Assembly (NCBI GenBank): GCA_937132045.1
Contig: CAKZNX010000059.1
Location: 1 to 45,114, forward strand
Length of the DNA stretch: 45,114 bases
From: an uncultured bacterium
GTDB taxonomy: Bacteria > Armatimonadota > HRBIN16
Direction: 5' to 3'
Shown piece after piece: positions 1 through 9,348 of the stretch. The position numbers and the translations under genes were made by a program. The first letter of the stretch is position 1, and the number at the start of each line of letters is the position of its first letter. Under the pieces are notes generated by a model. That model did not search any database, had not been told where the DNA came from, and worked only from the letters and a program-made list of their open reading frames with translations.

Positions 1-669
1 AAGGGACTGGGCATCGGGACGCCGGGACCGATTGACTGGCGAACCGGTTTCCTGCACTGGACGCCCAACATCCCGTGGAAGGACGTGTCGTATCCCGAAC
101 TGGGCGAGGCTCTGGGCTGCCCGGCGTATGTGGACAACGATGCGAACGTAGCGGGACTGGCTGAGGCGGTTCTCGGAGCAGGCAGGGAGTATCGTATCGT
201 GGCGGGATTCACGCTTGGCACCGGTATCGGCTACTTCGTGGTGATGGACGGGATGATCTACCACGGCAAGCTGGACGTGGAGGGCGGACATCAGGTGCTG
301 AACCCGCAGGGACCGCCGTGCGGATGCGGCGCGCGCGGTTGTCTGGAAGCATACGCCTCGGCAACCGCCATCGAGGCGCGTACCGGCAAGGAACCGGAGG
401 ACATCGACGATCCCGCCTTCTGGGCAGAGATTGCCGGGTACCTTGCGTGGGGCATTGCAAACGTCACCACGCTGGTGTGCCCGGAAGTGTTTGTGCTGGC
501 TGGTGGGATGATCAAGCGAGGAGATACCCTCTTCATGCCGCTTCGCGAGAAACTGTCGCAGATGCTGAAGATTGTTCCGCCTCCGCCGGTGAAGCCTGCT
601 GAACTGGGTCACCGCGCCGGTGTGTACGGTGCCATTGTGCTGGCGAAACGGGGGCATCGCAAAGAATGA
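1..669 (+). CDS. ROK-family sugar kinase (glucokinase-like), 5'-partial
   Basis: Frame 1 is open from base 1 (KGLGIGTPGPIDW...), so the gene starts upstream of the window. It carries the ROK zinc motif GHQVLNPQGPPCGCGARGCLEAYAS. The stop TGA is at 667-669. Confidence 0.85.
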   Translation, partial: KGLGIGTPGPIDWRTGFLHWTPNIPWKDVSYPELGEALGCPAYVDNDANVAGLAEAVLGAGREYRIVAGFTLGTGIGYFVVMDGMIYHGKLDVEGGHQVLNPQGPPCGCGARGCLEAYASATAIEARTGKEPEDIDDPAFWAEIAGYLAWGIANVTTLVCPEVFVLAGGMIKRGDTLFMPLREKLSQMLKIVPPPPVKPAELGHRAGVYGAIVLAKRGHRKE

Positions 670-830
670 AGCGTTTCAGGATGCAGAAGCAGAAGATTGT
701 GAAGCCGGACGGGCGGTGGATGTATATGTATACCTTCGAGGAGCAGAAGGCTCCTGACGCCACTGATGATAAGACACAGGAGAGCTCCGCTCCTTCTGCG
801 CCTGAGCCTCCCCGCTCCGAGGAAAAGTAG
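666..830 (+). CDS. small hypothetical protein (54 aa), translationally coupled to the ROK kinase
   Basis: It is too short for the ORF track. ATG 666 overlaps the ROK stop (ATGA). Translation: MKRFRMQKQKIVKPDGRWMYMYTFEEQKAPDATDDKTQESSAPSAPEPPRSEEK. The first half has G/C-rich third codon positions. A 10-bp-stem hairpin follows at 870-898. Confidence 0.35.
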   Translation: MKRFRMQKQKIVKPDGRWMYMYTFEEQKAPDATDDKTQESSAPSAPEPPRSEEK

Positions 831-869
831 ACCGTCCCAAGGACACTAGGAAACGGTACTGCGCCGTTA

Positions 870-898
870 GAGGGCAGGACGCCTCGCATCCTGCCCTC
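870..898. terminator. hairpin between convergent genes (possible bidirectional terminator)
   Basis: GAGGGCAGGA (870-879), a 9-nt loop, then TCCTGCCCTC (889-898): a perfect 10-bp GC-rich stem. There is no clear U-tract on either strand. Confidence 0.4.
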
Positions 899-904
899 GT
901 TGGC

Positions 905-2206
905 TTACAGCGACCAGCCCTTGCGGTATTCACGGCGGATGTACTTCTCCGCCTCGGCGCAGTTGGTGACCCTCATGCGGCGGGCATCGTAATTGATCTT
1001 GTGTCCCACGCGGAACGCCACGTTGCCCAGCAGTACCATTTCGGTGAGCGGACCGGCGTATTCGAAGTTGCTCCACGCCTTGCTCCCGGTCTTGACGGCG
1101 TCAATCCACTCCTGATGGTGTCCTCTCGGGGCGCGTGGGATGGTCGGCTGAGGCGGCTGATAGTCGGCGAACCGTTCGCGTGGCAACAACACCACCTCGC
1201 CACCGTGCGGATACCAGATTTTGCCCTTCTCCCCGATGAACAGGGTGGCGTTCGCGTGCACTTCCACCCCCTCCGCCAGCTCCCTCGGGGGCAGTTTACC
1301 ACCGTCATACCAGTAAAGCGTCACCGGCGGCTTGCCTCTGCGGGCGGGAAACTCGTAGCGGACGATGCTCCACTTCGGACCGCTTTCACGATGATGCGGT
1401 TCGCCCTCCGCCTCCACGCTGACCGGTGCACCCAGATCCAATGCCCAGAAGGCAGTGTCCAGAATATGACAACCCATATCGCCCAGAGCGCCGGTGCCGA
1501 AGTCCCACCATCCGCGCCAGTTGAACGGATGGTACACCGGATGATAGGGACGTTGCGGCGCCGGACCCAGCCACAAATCCCAGTGTAGGTGACGCGGCAC
1601 CGAAGGCGTCTCTGTCGGGCGGTCGATACCCTGTGGCCAGATGGGACGGTCGGTGCTGGAGTGCACCTCGCGTATCGGACCAATAACCCCCGACTGGATA
1701 ATTTCCACCGCTCGGCGCAGGCTGTCGCTGGCGTGTCCGTTGTTGCCCATCTGGGTGACGACCTTATAACGTTTCGCCGCCTCCGCCAGCTTTCGCGCCT
1801 CGTACACCGAGTGCGTGAGCGGCTTCTCACAGTACACATGCTTACCCAGCTGCATCGCTGCCATTGCAGCCACCGCGTGCGTGTGGTCTGGCGTGCTGAT
1901 GACCACCGCGTCGATCTCCTGCCGTCGCTCTTCCAGCATCACCCGGAAATCCACGTAGGTCGCAGCGCGGGGAAACCGCTTTTTCGCTTCGCCCAGCGGG
2001 CTTTCATCCACGTCGCACAGAGCGACGATGTTTTCCGTTGCCACGCCGTCTATGTTACCCCAGCCACGCCCTCCGCAGGCAATGATGCCGATGTTCACCT
2101 TCTCGTTCTGCGCGTAGGTCGAAGTCCAGGCGTGCGCGGTCAGCCACAGCGCCGTGCCATAGCGCAGACTGGTCTTCAGGAAGTCGCGCCTTGTTTGTTG
2201 TGTCAT
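905..2206 (-). CDS. Gfo/Idh/MocA-family NAD(P)-dependent oxidoreductase with twin-arginine (Tat) signal
   Basis: The N-terminus MTQQTRRDFLKTSLRYGTALWL is a Tat motif. A Rossmann motif IGIIACGGRGWGN follows. Length is 433 aa. An RBS GGAGGGG lies about 8 nt upstream of ATG 2206. Confidence 0.85.
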   Translation of the reverse strand: MTQQTRRDFLKTSLRYGTALWLTAHAWTSTYAQNEKVNIGIIACGGRGWGNIDGVATENIVALCDVDESPLGEAKKRFPRAATYVDFRVMLEERRQEIDAVVISTPDHTHAVAAMAAMQLGKHVYCEKPLTHSVYEARKLAEAAKRYKVVTQMGNNGHASDSLRRAVEIIQSGVIGPIREVHSSTDRPIWPQGIDRPTETPSVPRHLHWDLWLGPAPQRPYHPVYHPFNWRGWWDFGTGALGDMGCHILDTAFWALDLGAPVSVEAEGEPHHRESGPKWSIVRYEFPARRGKPPVTLYWYDGGKLPPRELAEGVEVHANATLFIGEKGKIWYPHGGEVVLLPRERFADYQPPQPTIPRAPRGHHQEWIDAVKTGSKAWSNFEYAGPLTEMVLLGNVAFRVGHKINYDARRMRVTNCAEAEKYIRREYRKGWSL

Positions 2207-2219
2207 CTTGTGTCCCCTC

Positions 2220-3755
2220 CTATCCCAGCGAGCACAATACCTGTATCACCGAGGCTGCGGGTGCCTCCACCTGCAACGTGTCGCCTGCAGCCGGTATCGG
2301 TCGTGGCGCAGACGGCTTCACGCGATCGGGCTGCTCAAAAGTGTTGTGCGCACGAATGTCATCAGCCACCAGCACTGCCATGCTTGCCTCTTTCACCTGC
2401 GCTCCAACGAGCGTCAGTCGCACCTCGCACGGGCGGGAAGGATGATTGTTTGTCATCGTGACGCAGAGCGTCCTGTCCTTCACGGAGGCAGAACCCGTAA
2501 TACACTGCAGACCGTTGAAACTGCGTTGCAGATACGACGACTTGCAGTGGTCGCGCGACACACCTCCATCCGAGATACGCTCAGCAAGCGACTCGAAACG
2601 CACCGCTGATCCTCCTTTGTGCGGTGCATACAGCTGCCACACGTAGTAAGTGGGCGTCTTGATGCATCGGTCCTCCTCAACCAGTAGAAGCGACTGCAGC
2701 ACGTTAATCAGCTGTGCGATATTGCCCATGTACACCTTGTCGCAGTGACGGTGGAACACATCCAGCGTGATAGCCGCCACGTGCGCATCGCGCATGGTGT
2801 TCTGCTGATACAGACCGGAGGAAGGCTTACCCGGCTCCACAGGGTGCCACGCACCCCATTCGTCCACGATGAGATGGATGCGTCGGTCGGGATCGAGCTC
2901 GTCCATGGTGGTGCGGTGTCCCAGAATAATGCCCTCCATCACGTACGCCCGGCACAGCAGTTCCAGCCACTGCTCTTCGGTGAACTGAGTGGCGGTACCG
3001 GCGGTTCCACAATAATAGTGCGCTGCCAGCGACTGCACCAGATGCATTCGGTTCCAGTGCTTACGCCGCAGTGTGTCGAGGAACTTCCACGTCCAGTGCC
3101 AGTCGTTACCGGCGGCGCCGCAGGCGATAGCGTGGATGGGCGTGTCCGAGTAGTCGAACAGGAACGTGCGAAACCGGGCAAACTCCGCTGCGTAATACTC
3201 GGGGTCCATGTTGCCGCCGCAACCCCAGTTTTCGTTACCCACACCCCAGAAGCGCACTCCGAAGGGCTCGGGTGCTCCGTTGGCACGCCGCTCGTTTGCC
3301 AGCGACGAATTGCCCGCAAAGTTGCAGTATTCCACCCAGTCGCGCAGCTCTGAGGGCGTGCCCGATCCCACGTTACCCACAAGGTACGGCTCGGTGCCGA
3401 TGAGCCGGCAGAACTCGATGAACTCGTGTGTACCGAAGTGGTTGGACTCGGGCGCCTTACCCCAGTGGTAGTTCACCCGGAGCGGGCGCTGACTACGTGC
3501 ACCGATCCCGTCGCGCCAGTGGTAGGCGTCGGCAAAGCAACCACCGGGCCAGCGAAGTACCGGTATCTCAAGGGGACGCAGTGCCTCCACCACATCCTGG
3601 CGAATGCCGTTAATGTTGGGAATCGTTGACCCCTCACCGACCCAGATGCCGGGATAGATGCACTCGCCCAGATGCTCTGCGAACTCGCCGTGCAGGTACG
3701 GGCTGATCGTTCCGATTGTCTCGTTGAGCAGGATGGCTACCTGTTGCACAGACAT
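2220..3755 (-). CDS. abfA: GH51 alpha-L-arabinofuranosidase
   Basis: GH51 catalytic motifs are present: GVGNENWGCGG (acid/base Glu) and IVDEWGAWH (nucleophile Glu). I moved the start to ATG 3755 (MSVQQVAILLNE...), which has RBS GGGAG 8 nt upstream. The 29-aa extension in the track has no RBS. No signal peptide is visible. Confidence 0.85.
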   Translation of the reverse strand: MSVQQVAILLNETIGTISPYLHGEFAEHLGECIYPGIWVGEGSTIPNINGIRQDVVEALRPLEIPVLRWPGGCFADAYHWRDGIGARSQRPLRVNYHWGKAPESNHFGTHEFIEFCRLIGTEPYLVGNVGSGTPSELRDWVEYCNFAGNSSLANERRANGAPEPFGVRFWGVGNENWGCGGNMDPEYYAAEFARFRTFLFDYSDTPIHAIACGAAGNDWHWTWKFLDTLRRKHWNRMHLVQSLAAHYYCGTAGTATQFTEEQWLELLCRAYVMEGIILGHRTTMDELDPDRRIHLIVDEWGAWHPVEPGKPSSGLYQQNTMRDAHVAAITLDVFHRHCDKVYMGNIAQLINVLQSLLLVEEDRCIKTPTYYVWQLYAPHKGGSAVRFESLAERISDGGVSRDHCKSSYLQRSFNGLQCITGSASVKDRTLCVTMTNNHPSRPCEVRLTLVGAQVKEASMAVLVADDIRAHNTFEQPDRVKPSAPRPIPAAGDTLQVEAPAASVIQVLCSLG

Positions 3756-3902
3756 CTTTAACTCCCTTATCAAGCTTTTGGGAAACATTTTCGGTACGGC
3801 GATGCGGATTCCTGTCCACGAAATTGCAGGGCAGGAAGGCATCCATGTACCTACCGGCGAAGATATACCTTAAAGTTTACCGGCACTTTCAGGAGGGGGA
3901 TC

Positions 3903-6782
3903 ATGGCACTGGAGGAACAACTTGATTCGGTTTGGCAGTCTCTGCGTGACGTGGAACGCAATTCGCGCCGCTGGGTAGAGCGGCTGCAGGCAGAGATAGA
4001 TTTTGCGCGGCAGCTGGCAAAGGCAAATCCCTCACGGCTGGCGGAGTGGGAGGAGCTGGTCATGCGCGCGGAGAGCACGTTCGCGCAGGCGGTCTCCGAG
4101 AATACGCCCATAGCCGATGCGGTGACGCGCGCTGAAGAGGTGCTTCAGCCTCTCGCCGGCGTCGCCAAGCAGTACACCATCCATTGCGTCGGACATGCAC
4201 ACATCGACATGAACTGGATGTGGAACTGGGCGGAGACCGTTGCTACCACCAACGACAGCTTCAGCACGGTGGACCGCCTGATGCACGAGTATCCGCAGTT
4301 CCGCTTCTCACAGGATCAGACGTCCATCTACCAGCTGACGAAAGACTACCTGCCGGAGATGTGGCAGAAGGTGCAGGAACATGTGCGCGCTGGCAGGTGG
4401 GAGGTGACCGCCAGCCACTGGGTAGAAGCAGACAAGAACATGAGCTCCGGGGAGATCCTCTGCCGACACCTTCTGTATACGAAGCGGTTCTTCCAGAAGG
4501 AGTTCGGCTTGCCGTACGATGCTGTGCGCATCGATTACGAACCGGATACCTTCGGTCACGCGCACACGATACCCGGCATCCTGACACGGGCAGGGATCCG
4601 CTACTACTACTTCTGCCGAACAGGCAGGGGACCCTTCCTCTTCTGGTGGCAGGGACGAGACGGCTCGCGCGTGCTGGCGTTCGACGACCATCGGGAGTGG
4701 TATCTCGGTCCGATCACCCCGCGCATCGCCCAGCACGTCGTCGAGTTTGAGCGTCACACCGGTCTGAAAGATATGTTGTTTGTGTATGGGGTGGGCGACC
4801 ATGGAGGCGGACCTACCCGACGTGACCTGCGTCTGGCTCACGAGATGACGGAGTGGCCCATCTTCCCGCGCATCCACTTCAGCACCTACCACGAGTTCTT
4901 CTCCATAGCGGAGAGGGAGGCGAAAGACCTGCCGGTGATCGACGGCGAGCTGAACTTTGTATTTGAGGGATGCTACTCGTCGCAGAGCAACATCAAGTAT
5001 GCCAACCGGCGTAGCGAGAACACTCTGGTAGAGGCTGAAATCTGTGCTCTGCTGGCGAAAGGCATTACGGGGCAGGCATATCCCTCTGAACAACTGCGTA
5101 CCGCGTGGCGACATGCCATGTTTAACCAGTTCCACGACATCCTGCCGGGTTCAGGCGTCAAGGCGACCTACGAGTACGCGCAGGGGCTGTTCCAGGAGAT
5201 TATGTCGCACACCTCGATGGTAAAAACGCGCAGTCTCCGAGCGCTCGCAGCGCGGGTGAACACACAAGCCGTTGCTCCTCCGAACTCACCCTCCGCAGAC
5301 TACGGCGAGGGACTGGGAGGCGGGCAGGGCGACCTGCCAGGCGATGGAGTGCTGAGCCGATATGGTGCCGGCGGTGTCGGTGCTGACCCGTTTGTCGTGT
5401 TCAACCCCTCGCCATGGATGCGCAGTGAGGTGGTTACCACACGTATCTGGGACCGCGAAATCGAGACGCCTTTTGTGGCGGTGAAGGACGACGCCGGCAA
5501 CGTGCTTCAGGCGCAGGTGCTTCACCGCGGACACTACTGGCAGCATAACTTTATCGAGCTGGCTTTCCCTGCACACAACCTTCCCGCGCTGGGCTATCGA
5601 ACCTTCAGCGTGTACCGTTCGCCGGGTGCCTCGCCTGCGCCGGGTTGTTCGTCCGACGGAAAGGGCACCATCGAGAACGAGTACCTGAAGGTGACGGTGG
5701 AACAGCAGTCGGGCGCCATCGTGAGCCTGATAGACAAGCGCACGGGCGTGGAGCTCGTGCCCCCCGGCGAGCGCATCGGCTTGCTGGAGTACATTCTGGA
5801 AGCACCGCACGGCATGACGGCGTGGGTGCTGGGGCAGGTCAAACAGTACGTGCCGTTCACCGAAGGGGCGACGCTCTCGTTCCCGCATCACGGTCCGTAT
5901 CTGGCAAGCGTGCAGACACACCATCGCTTCAACGACAGCCAGCTCACCGTCACGTTCAGCCTGAGCGCGGGCGTGCCGCGGCTGGACATCACCGTGGAAG
6001 CCGACTGGCTGGAGCGTGGCTCTCCGGAGACCGGCGTGCCTGCCCTGCGTATTCAGTTTCCCATCGCAGTGGACGAGGCGAAGTGCCGCATGGAGTGTCC
6101 GAATGGCTGGGTAGAACGCTCTACCATCGGCTACGCGGAGCCGTCCGAAACCTTCAAGCACGTGGGCGCACCCGGCATCGCCATGTACCCGACGGACCTG
6201 CCCGCCCAGAGGTGGGTGGAACTGTTGGGAGTGCACAGCGAGACGGGAGAGCCTGCTGGCGTGGTGCTGGTGAACGACCGCGTTTACGCGTACAGTGTGT
6301 GCGATAACACGCTGGGGGCGACCCTGCTTCGAAGCTCGTATGACCCCGATCCCCTGCCGGAGCTGGGGCGTCACAGCTTCCGTTTCGGATTGGTTCCGTT
6401 CGGCAAGGACTGGACCCCCTCGCTGTCGGCGCGGGCGGGTTACGACTTCAACCTGCCGTTCAGCGTGGTCAGCACCGACGTACACGAGGGCGACCTGCCG
6501 CTCTCTCAGGCGTTTGCCGAGATATTGACGCCCAACGTGATGTTGAGCGGTCTGAAGAAGGCAGAGGACTCGGATGCGCTGGTCATCCGGCTGTATGAGG
6601 TGGAAGGCAAAGCGACGACGGCGCAGGTGCAGTTAAGCCCCGTGCTGGCGCGCCTGAATGCCACAGCGGTGGAGACAGACCTTTTGGAACAGCCGCTGTC
6701 CAGCAGCACCGCGCGCATGATGGGGGACATACTGACGGTGGACATACCGCCATTCGGCATCACTACGGTGAAGGTCGGGTGA
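3903..6782 (+). CDS. GH38 alpha-mannosidase
   Basis: GH38 motifs GHAHIDMNWMW and GVGDHGGGPT are present. Length is 959 aa. RBS GGAGGGGG precedes ATG 3903. Confidence 0.85.
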   Translation: MALEEQLDSVWQSLRDVERNSRRWVERLQAEIDFARQLAKANPSRLAEWEELVMRAESTFAQAVSENTPIADAVTRAEEVLQPLAGVAKQYTIHCVGHAHIDMNWMWNWAETVATTNDSFSTVDRLMHEYPQFRFSQDQTSIYQLTKDYLPEMWQKVQEHVRAGRWEVTASHWVEADKNMSSGEILCRHLLYTKRFFQKEFGLPYDAVRIDYEPDTFGHAHTIPGILTRAGIRYYYFCRTGRGPFLFWWQGRDGSRVLAFDDHREWYLGPITPRIAQHVVEFERHTGLKDMLFVYGVGDHGGGPTRRDLRLAHEMTEWPIFPRIHFSTYHEFFSIAEREAKDLPVIDGELNFVFEGCYSSQSNIKYANRRSENTLVEAEICALLAKGITGQAYPSEQLRTAWRHAMFNQFHDILPGSGVKATYEYAQGLFQEIMSHTSMVKTRSLRALAARVNTQAVAPPNSPSADYGEGLGGGQGDLPGDGVLSRYGAGGVGADPFVVFNPSPWMRSEVVTTRIWDREIETPFVAVKDDAGNVLQAQVLHRGHYWQHNFIELAFPAHNLPALGYRTFSVYRSPGASPAPGCSSDGKGTIENEYLKVTVEQQSGAIVSLIDKRTGVELVPPGERIGLLEYILEAPHGMTAWVLGQVKQYVPFTEGATLSFPHHGPYLASVQTHHRFNDSQLTVTFSLSAGVPRLDITVEADWLERGSPETGVPALRIQFPIAVDEAKCRMECPNGWVERSTIGYAEPSETFKHVGAPGIAMYPTDLPAQRWVELLGVHSETGEPAGVVLVNDRVYAYSVCDNTLGATLLRSSYDPDPLPELGRHSFRFGLVPFGKDWTPSLSARAGYDFNLPFSVVSTDVHEGDLPLSQAFAEILTPNVMLSGLKKAEDSDALVIRLYEVEGKATTAQVQLSPVLARLNATAVETDLLEQPLSSSTARMMGDILTVDIPPFGITTVKVG

Positions 6783-6885
6783 CGGCGCATGCATCGTGAG
6801 GGGACTGCGCTGGACAACGCTGCGGGTGCAGGAATGACCAGCGTAACCCCTCTTTACCATACGCGAATTTAGCAGGTACGCAACG

Positions 6886-7449
6886 ATGGCGGACTCTCTG
6901 CTCGCGCTAGATACTTTCCTGTTTCGCTGGATCAACAGTGCCCATGCGCCGCCGCTGGACGCGGTCATGCTGTTTGTCACAGATATCAAGCGTACCGGCA
7001 TCCTGTTATTACTGGTCTGGGTAGGGCTGTTGTGGCGGGGTGGTAAAAGGGGCAGGACGGTGGCTCTGCTGCTGATACCGCTCATTGCCCTGACCGACCA
7101 GTTGAGCAGTCATCTGCTGAAAGAGCTGTTTGACCGCGTGCGTCCCTGCGAGGCGCTGGAGGGCGTTCGGGCAATCGACGGCTGTCGGTACAGCCTGTCT
7201 TTTCCCTCGTCTCACGCGGTGAATAACTTTGCCGCGGCGACGCTATTCGCGCTGTTCTACCGCGGGTGGGTACGATGGGTGGCGTTTGGTCTGGCGACGG
7301 TGGTTTCCTACTCGCGCATCTATCTTGGACTGCACTATCCCTCCGACGTGGTTGGTGGTGCTATCATCGGGACGGGTTGCGCGCTGGCGCTGGTGTGGGT
7401 GTTCCACAGGCTGACGCGGAAGCACGCAGCCGCCCCGAACGAGCAGTGA
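6886..7449 (+). CDS. PAP2-family membrane phosphatase (BcrC-like undecaprenyl-diphosphatase is possible)
   Basis: All three PAP2 motifs are present: KELFDRVRP, PSSH and SRIYLGLHYPSD. The protein has several hydrophobic helices and is 187 aa long. Confidence 0.8.
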   Translation: MADSLLALDTFLFRWINSAHAPPLDAVMLFVTDIKRTGILLLLVWVGLLWRGGKRGRTVALLLIPLIALTDQLSSHLLKELFDRVRPCEALEGVRAIDGCRYSLSFPSSHAVNNFAAATLFALFYRGWVRWVAFGLATVVSYSRIYLGLHYPSDVVGGAIIGTGCALALVWVFHRLTRKHAAAPNEQ

Positions 7450-7455
7450 GCCGCG

Positions 7456-8424
7456 TTATATTCGTTCCCAAACGAAAACGGCTGTCAGCCCGTGCCAGTG
7501 GACGTCAAGCAGATGCTCATACACCTGCTGGCAGTCTGCCGGCGAAGCCTGATCATACAGCCCTTTCACCGAAATCTTGCCTTGCGCCAGCCAGTTCAGG
7601 GCGCCTCGCTGGTTTTCATGGATACTGCCGGTGCGAAACTCCCGAGGATACCGGGGCAGTTCCCACTCCCAGCCGCTGCGAACGACGGCGTACTGGTGGA
7701 AAATGGCGTGGGTCAGGTCGAAGGCGCTGAGCTCTGTTTGCCGTCGCCACGGGACGCCGACCAGCACCACCTCCCCTCGCTTACACACGACGCTGCACCC
7801 GTCCAGCAACGCCTGTTCATTGCCGGAACACTCCACCACAAGCGCTACGGTACCCGCCAGATCCTCCACCGGCACTGCCGTGCAGGTGTGTGTGATGCTC
7901 GCCGTGTGTGCCATCTGTCGGCGGACTTCAGAGGGATCGCAGGCGATGACCTCATATCCGCATGCCTGAAACACCTGCGCTGCAAGGTTGCCAATGATGC
8001 CCAAACCGGTGACCAGCACGCGCTGTGGTGGGCGCGACGTTGTGGTGGTGAGCGTGGACATGGAGACGCCAATGAGGCGCGCAAACACGGCTTCGAATGG
8101 CGACAATCCCTCCGGCACCGGCAGAGCGTCTTCCTCCGGCACGCGCTGGAAGGACTGATGCGGAGCCATGCAGTACACCAGGTCTCCCGGGCGCAGTCGA
8201 TGCACCTCCTCGCCGACCTCCTCTACCCGAAAAACTGCCGCATAGCCCGTCCTTCGCGGGAAGATATCGCCCAGGAAACCGGCGTTGAGTTCCGTGCCCG
8301 GGCTGATCAGGCTGGCAATGGTCTTTCCTGCCACCTGGTTGGGCGCAAGTGGGGTGGGGTCTACCTCCACCGGCAGCAGCTCCGCTCGCCGGTGTCGCGT
8401 AAACATGATGGCAGAAGCATTCAT
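7456..8424 (-). CDS. MDR-superfamily (alcohol dehydrogenase-like) oxidoreductase apparently lacking zinc ligands
   Basis: Rossmann motif VLVTGLGIIGNLAAQ and a GroES-like N-terminal domain (GDLVYCMAPH). I moved the start to ATG 8424 (MNASAIMF...), which forms an ATGA overlap with the upstream gene's stop. The 85-aa extension in the track is Arg/Pro-rich and looks like shadow ORF. Confidence 0.65.
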   Translation of the reverse strand: MNASAIMFTRHRRAELLPVEVDPTPLAPNQVAGKTIASLISPGTELNAGFLGDIFPRRTGYAAVFRVEEVGEEVHRLRPGDLVYCMAPHQSFQRVPEEDALPVPEGLSPFEAVFARLIGVSMSTLTTTTSRPPQRVLVTGLGIIGNLAAQVFQACGYEVIACDPSEVRRQMAHTASITHTCTAVPVEDLAGTVALVVECSGNEQALLDGCSVVCKRGEVVLVGVPWRRQTELSAFDLTHAIFHQYAVVRSGWEWELPRYPREFRTGSIHENQRGALNWLAQGKISVKGLYDQASPADCQQVYEHLLDVHWHGLTAVFVWERI

Positions 8425-9257
8425 CGGATGGTCACGCCCACCTCCTGCGCGACACGGCGGATGTGGTTCACTGCCTTCACGTACGACTGCTCGTCCGCGA
8501 GGTGTTCCACCATCAGCGGAGTGTCGGGCGGCAGTTTGTCGAGCTCCAGCAGGAAGGTTCGATAATCGAGAGCGCCTTCGCCCGGTACACATTCGTCGAG
8601 GTGCGTGGTCAGACGCTGGTGGAGGATGATGTCTTTCGCGTGGCAGCTCTTGATATATGCGCCCAGCTGACGAAAGCATTCACGCAGAAGGTCTGCATTA
8701 CCGTAATAGCGCTGCGGACTGCAGATCAGGTTAACTGGGTCCAAATGCACGGCGAAGGAAGGGCGGTCGATGGCGCGGATGAGCTCGAGGTAGCTCTCCA
8801 CAGAGTCGGGGTACATCCACGGCATCGGTTCCAATGTATAAAAGGTGCGCTTTGGCTTCACCGCGTCGATAATCTGGCGCACCGTTTCCACGATGAAAGC
8901 AAAGGTTTCCCTGGTCAGGTTAGCCGGATGATGTCCGTCCCACGGCTCGCCGCGCGAACCTGCAATATTCACGCAACACATGGCGCCGATCTGGTCCGCA
9001 AGCGCCAGCTGCCTCTGGCAGTAGGCAACGGCGTCTCGGCGGGTCTGTTCGTCAGTCGACAGCGGGTTGCTCCATGCGCCCACCTCGGCAATCACGAGGT
9101 CGGCTTGCCGCGCGGCTTCGGCGAAGGCGCGGATGGTGGCTTCGTCCGCGCGATGGTCAACTGGGCAGTAGACTGCGCTGTAGCTAGCCTGTCGCGCCGC
9201 CTGTGCCCATTCATCGGGGCTGTTCCAGCTGGTGAAGATTGGTGCTCCTAAACGCAT
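8421..9257 (-). CDS. xylose-isomerase-like TIM-barrel sugar phosphate isomerase/epimerase
   Basis: Sequence typical of the AP-endonuclease-2 / xylose isomerase-like TIM-barrel family (MRLGAPIFTSW..., ...VHLDPVNL..., CHAKD). Start ATG 9257 has RBS GGAGGGAG. Confidence 0.75.
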   Translation of the reverse strand: MRLGAPIFTSWNSPDEWAQAARQASYSAVYCPVDHRADEATIRAFAEAARQADLVIAEVGAWSNPLSTDEQTRRDAVAYCQRQLALADQIGAMCCVNIAGSRGEPWDGHHPANLTRETFAFIVETVRQIIDAVKPKRTFYTLEPMPWMYPDSVESYLELIRAIDRPSFAVHLDPVNLICSPQRYYGNADLLRECFRQLGAYIKSCHAKDIILHQRLTTHLDECVPGEGALDYRTFLLELDKLPPDTPLMVEHLADEQSYVKAVNHIRRVAQEVGVTIR

Positions 9258-9348
9258 CGTCTCCCTCCATGTACAGAGCATCTCCAACACTTGCACTAGA
9301 GGGTTGAATGCGCCGGACGAGAATCCTGCCTACGACACAGAAGAGGCA

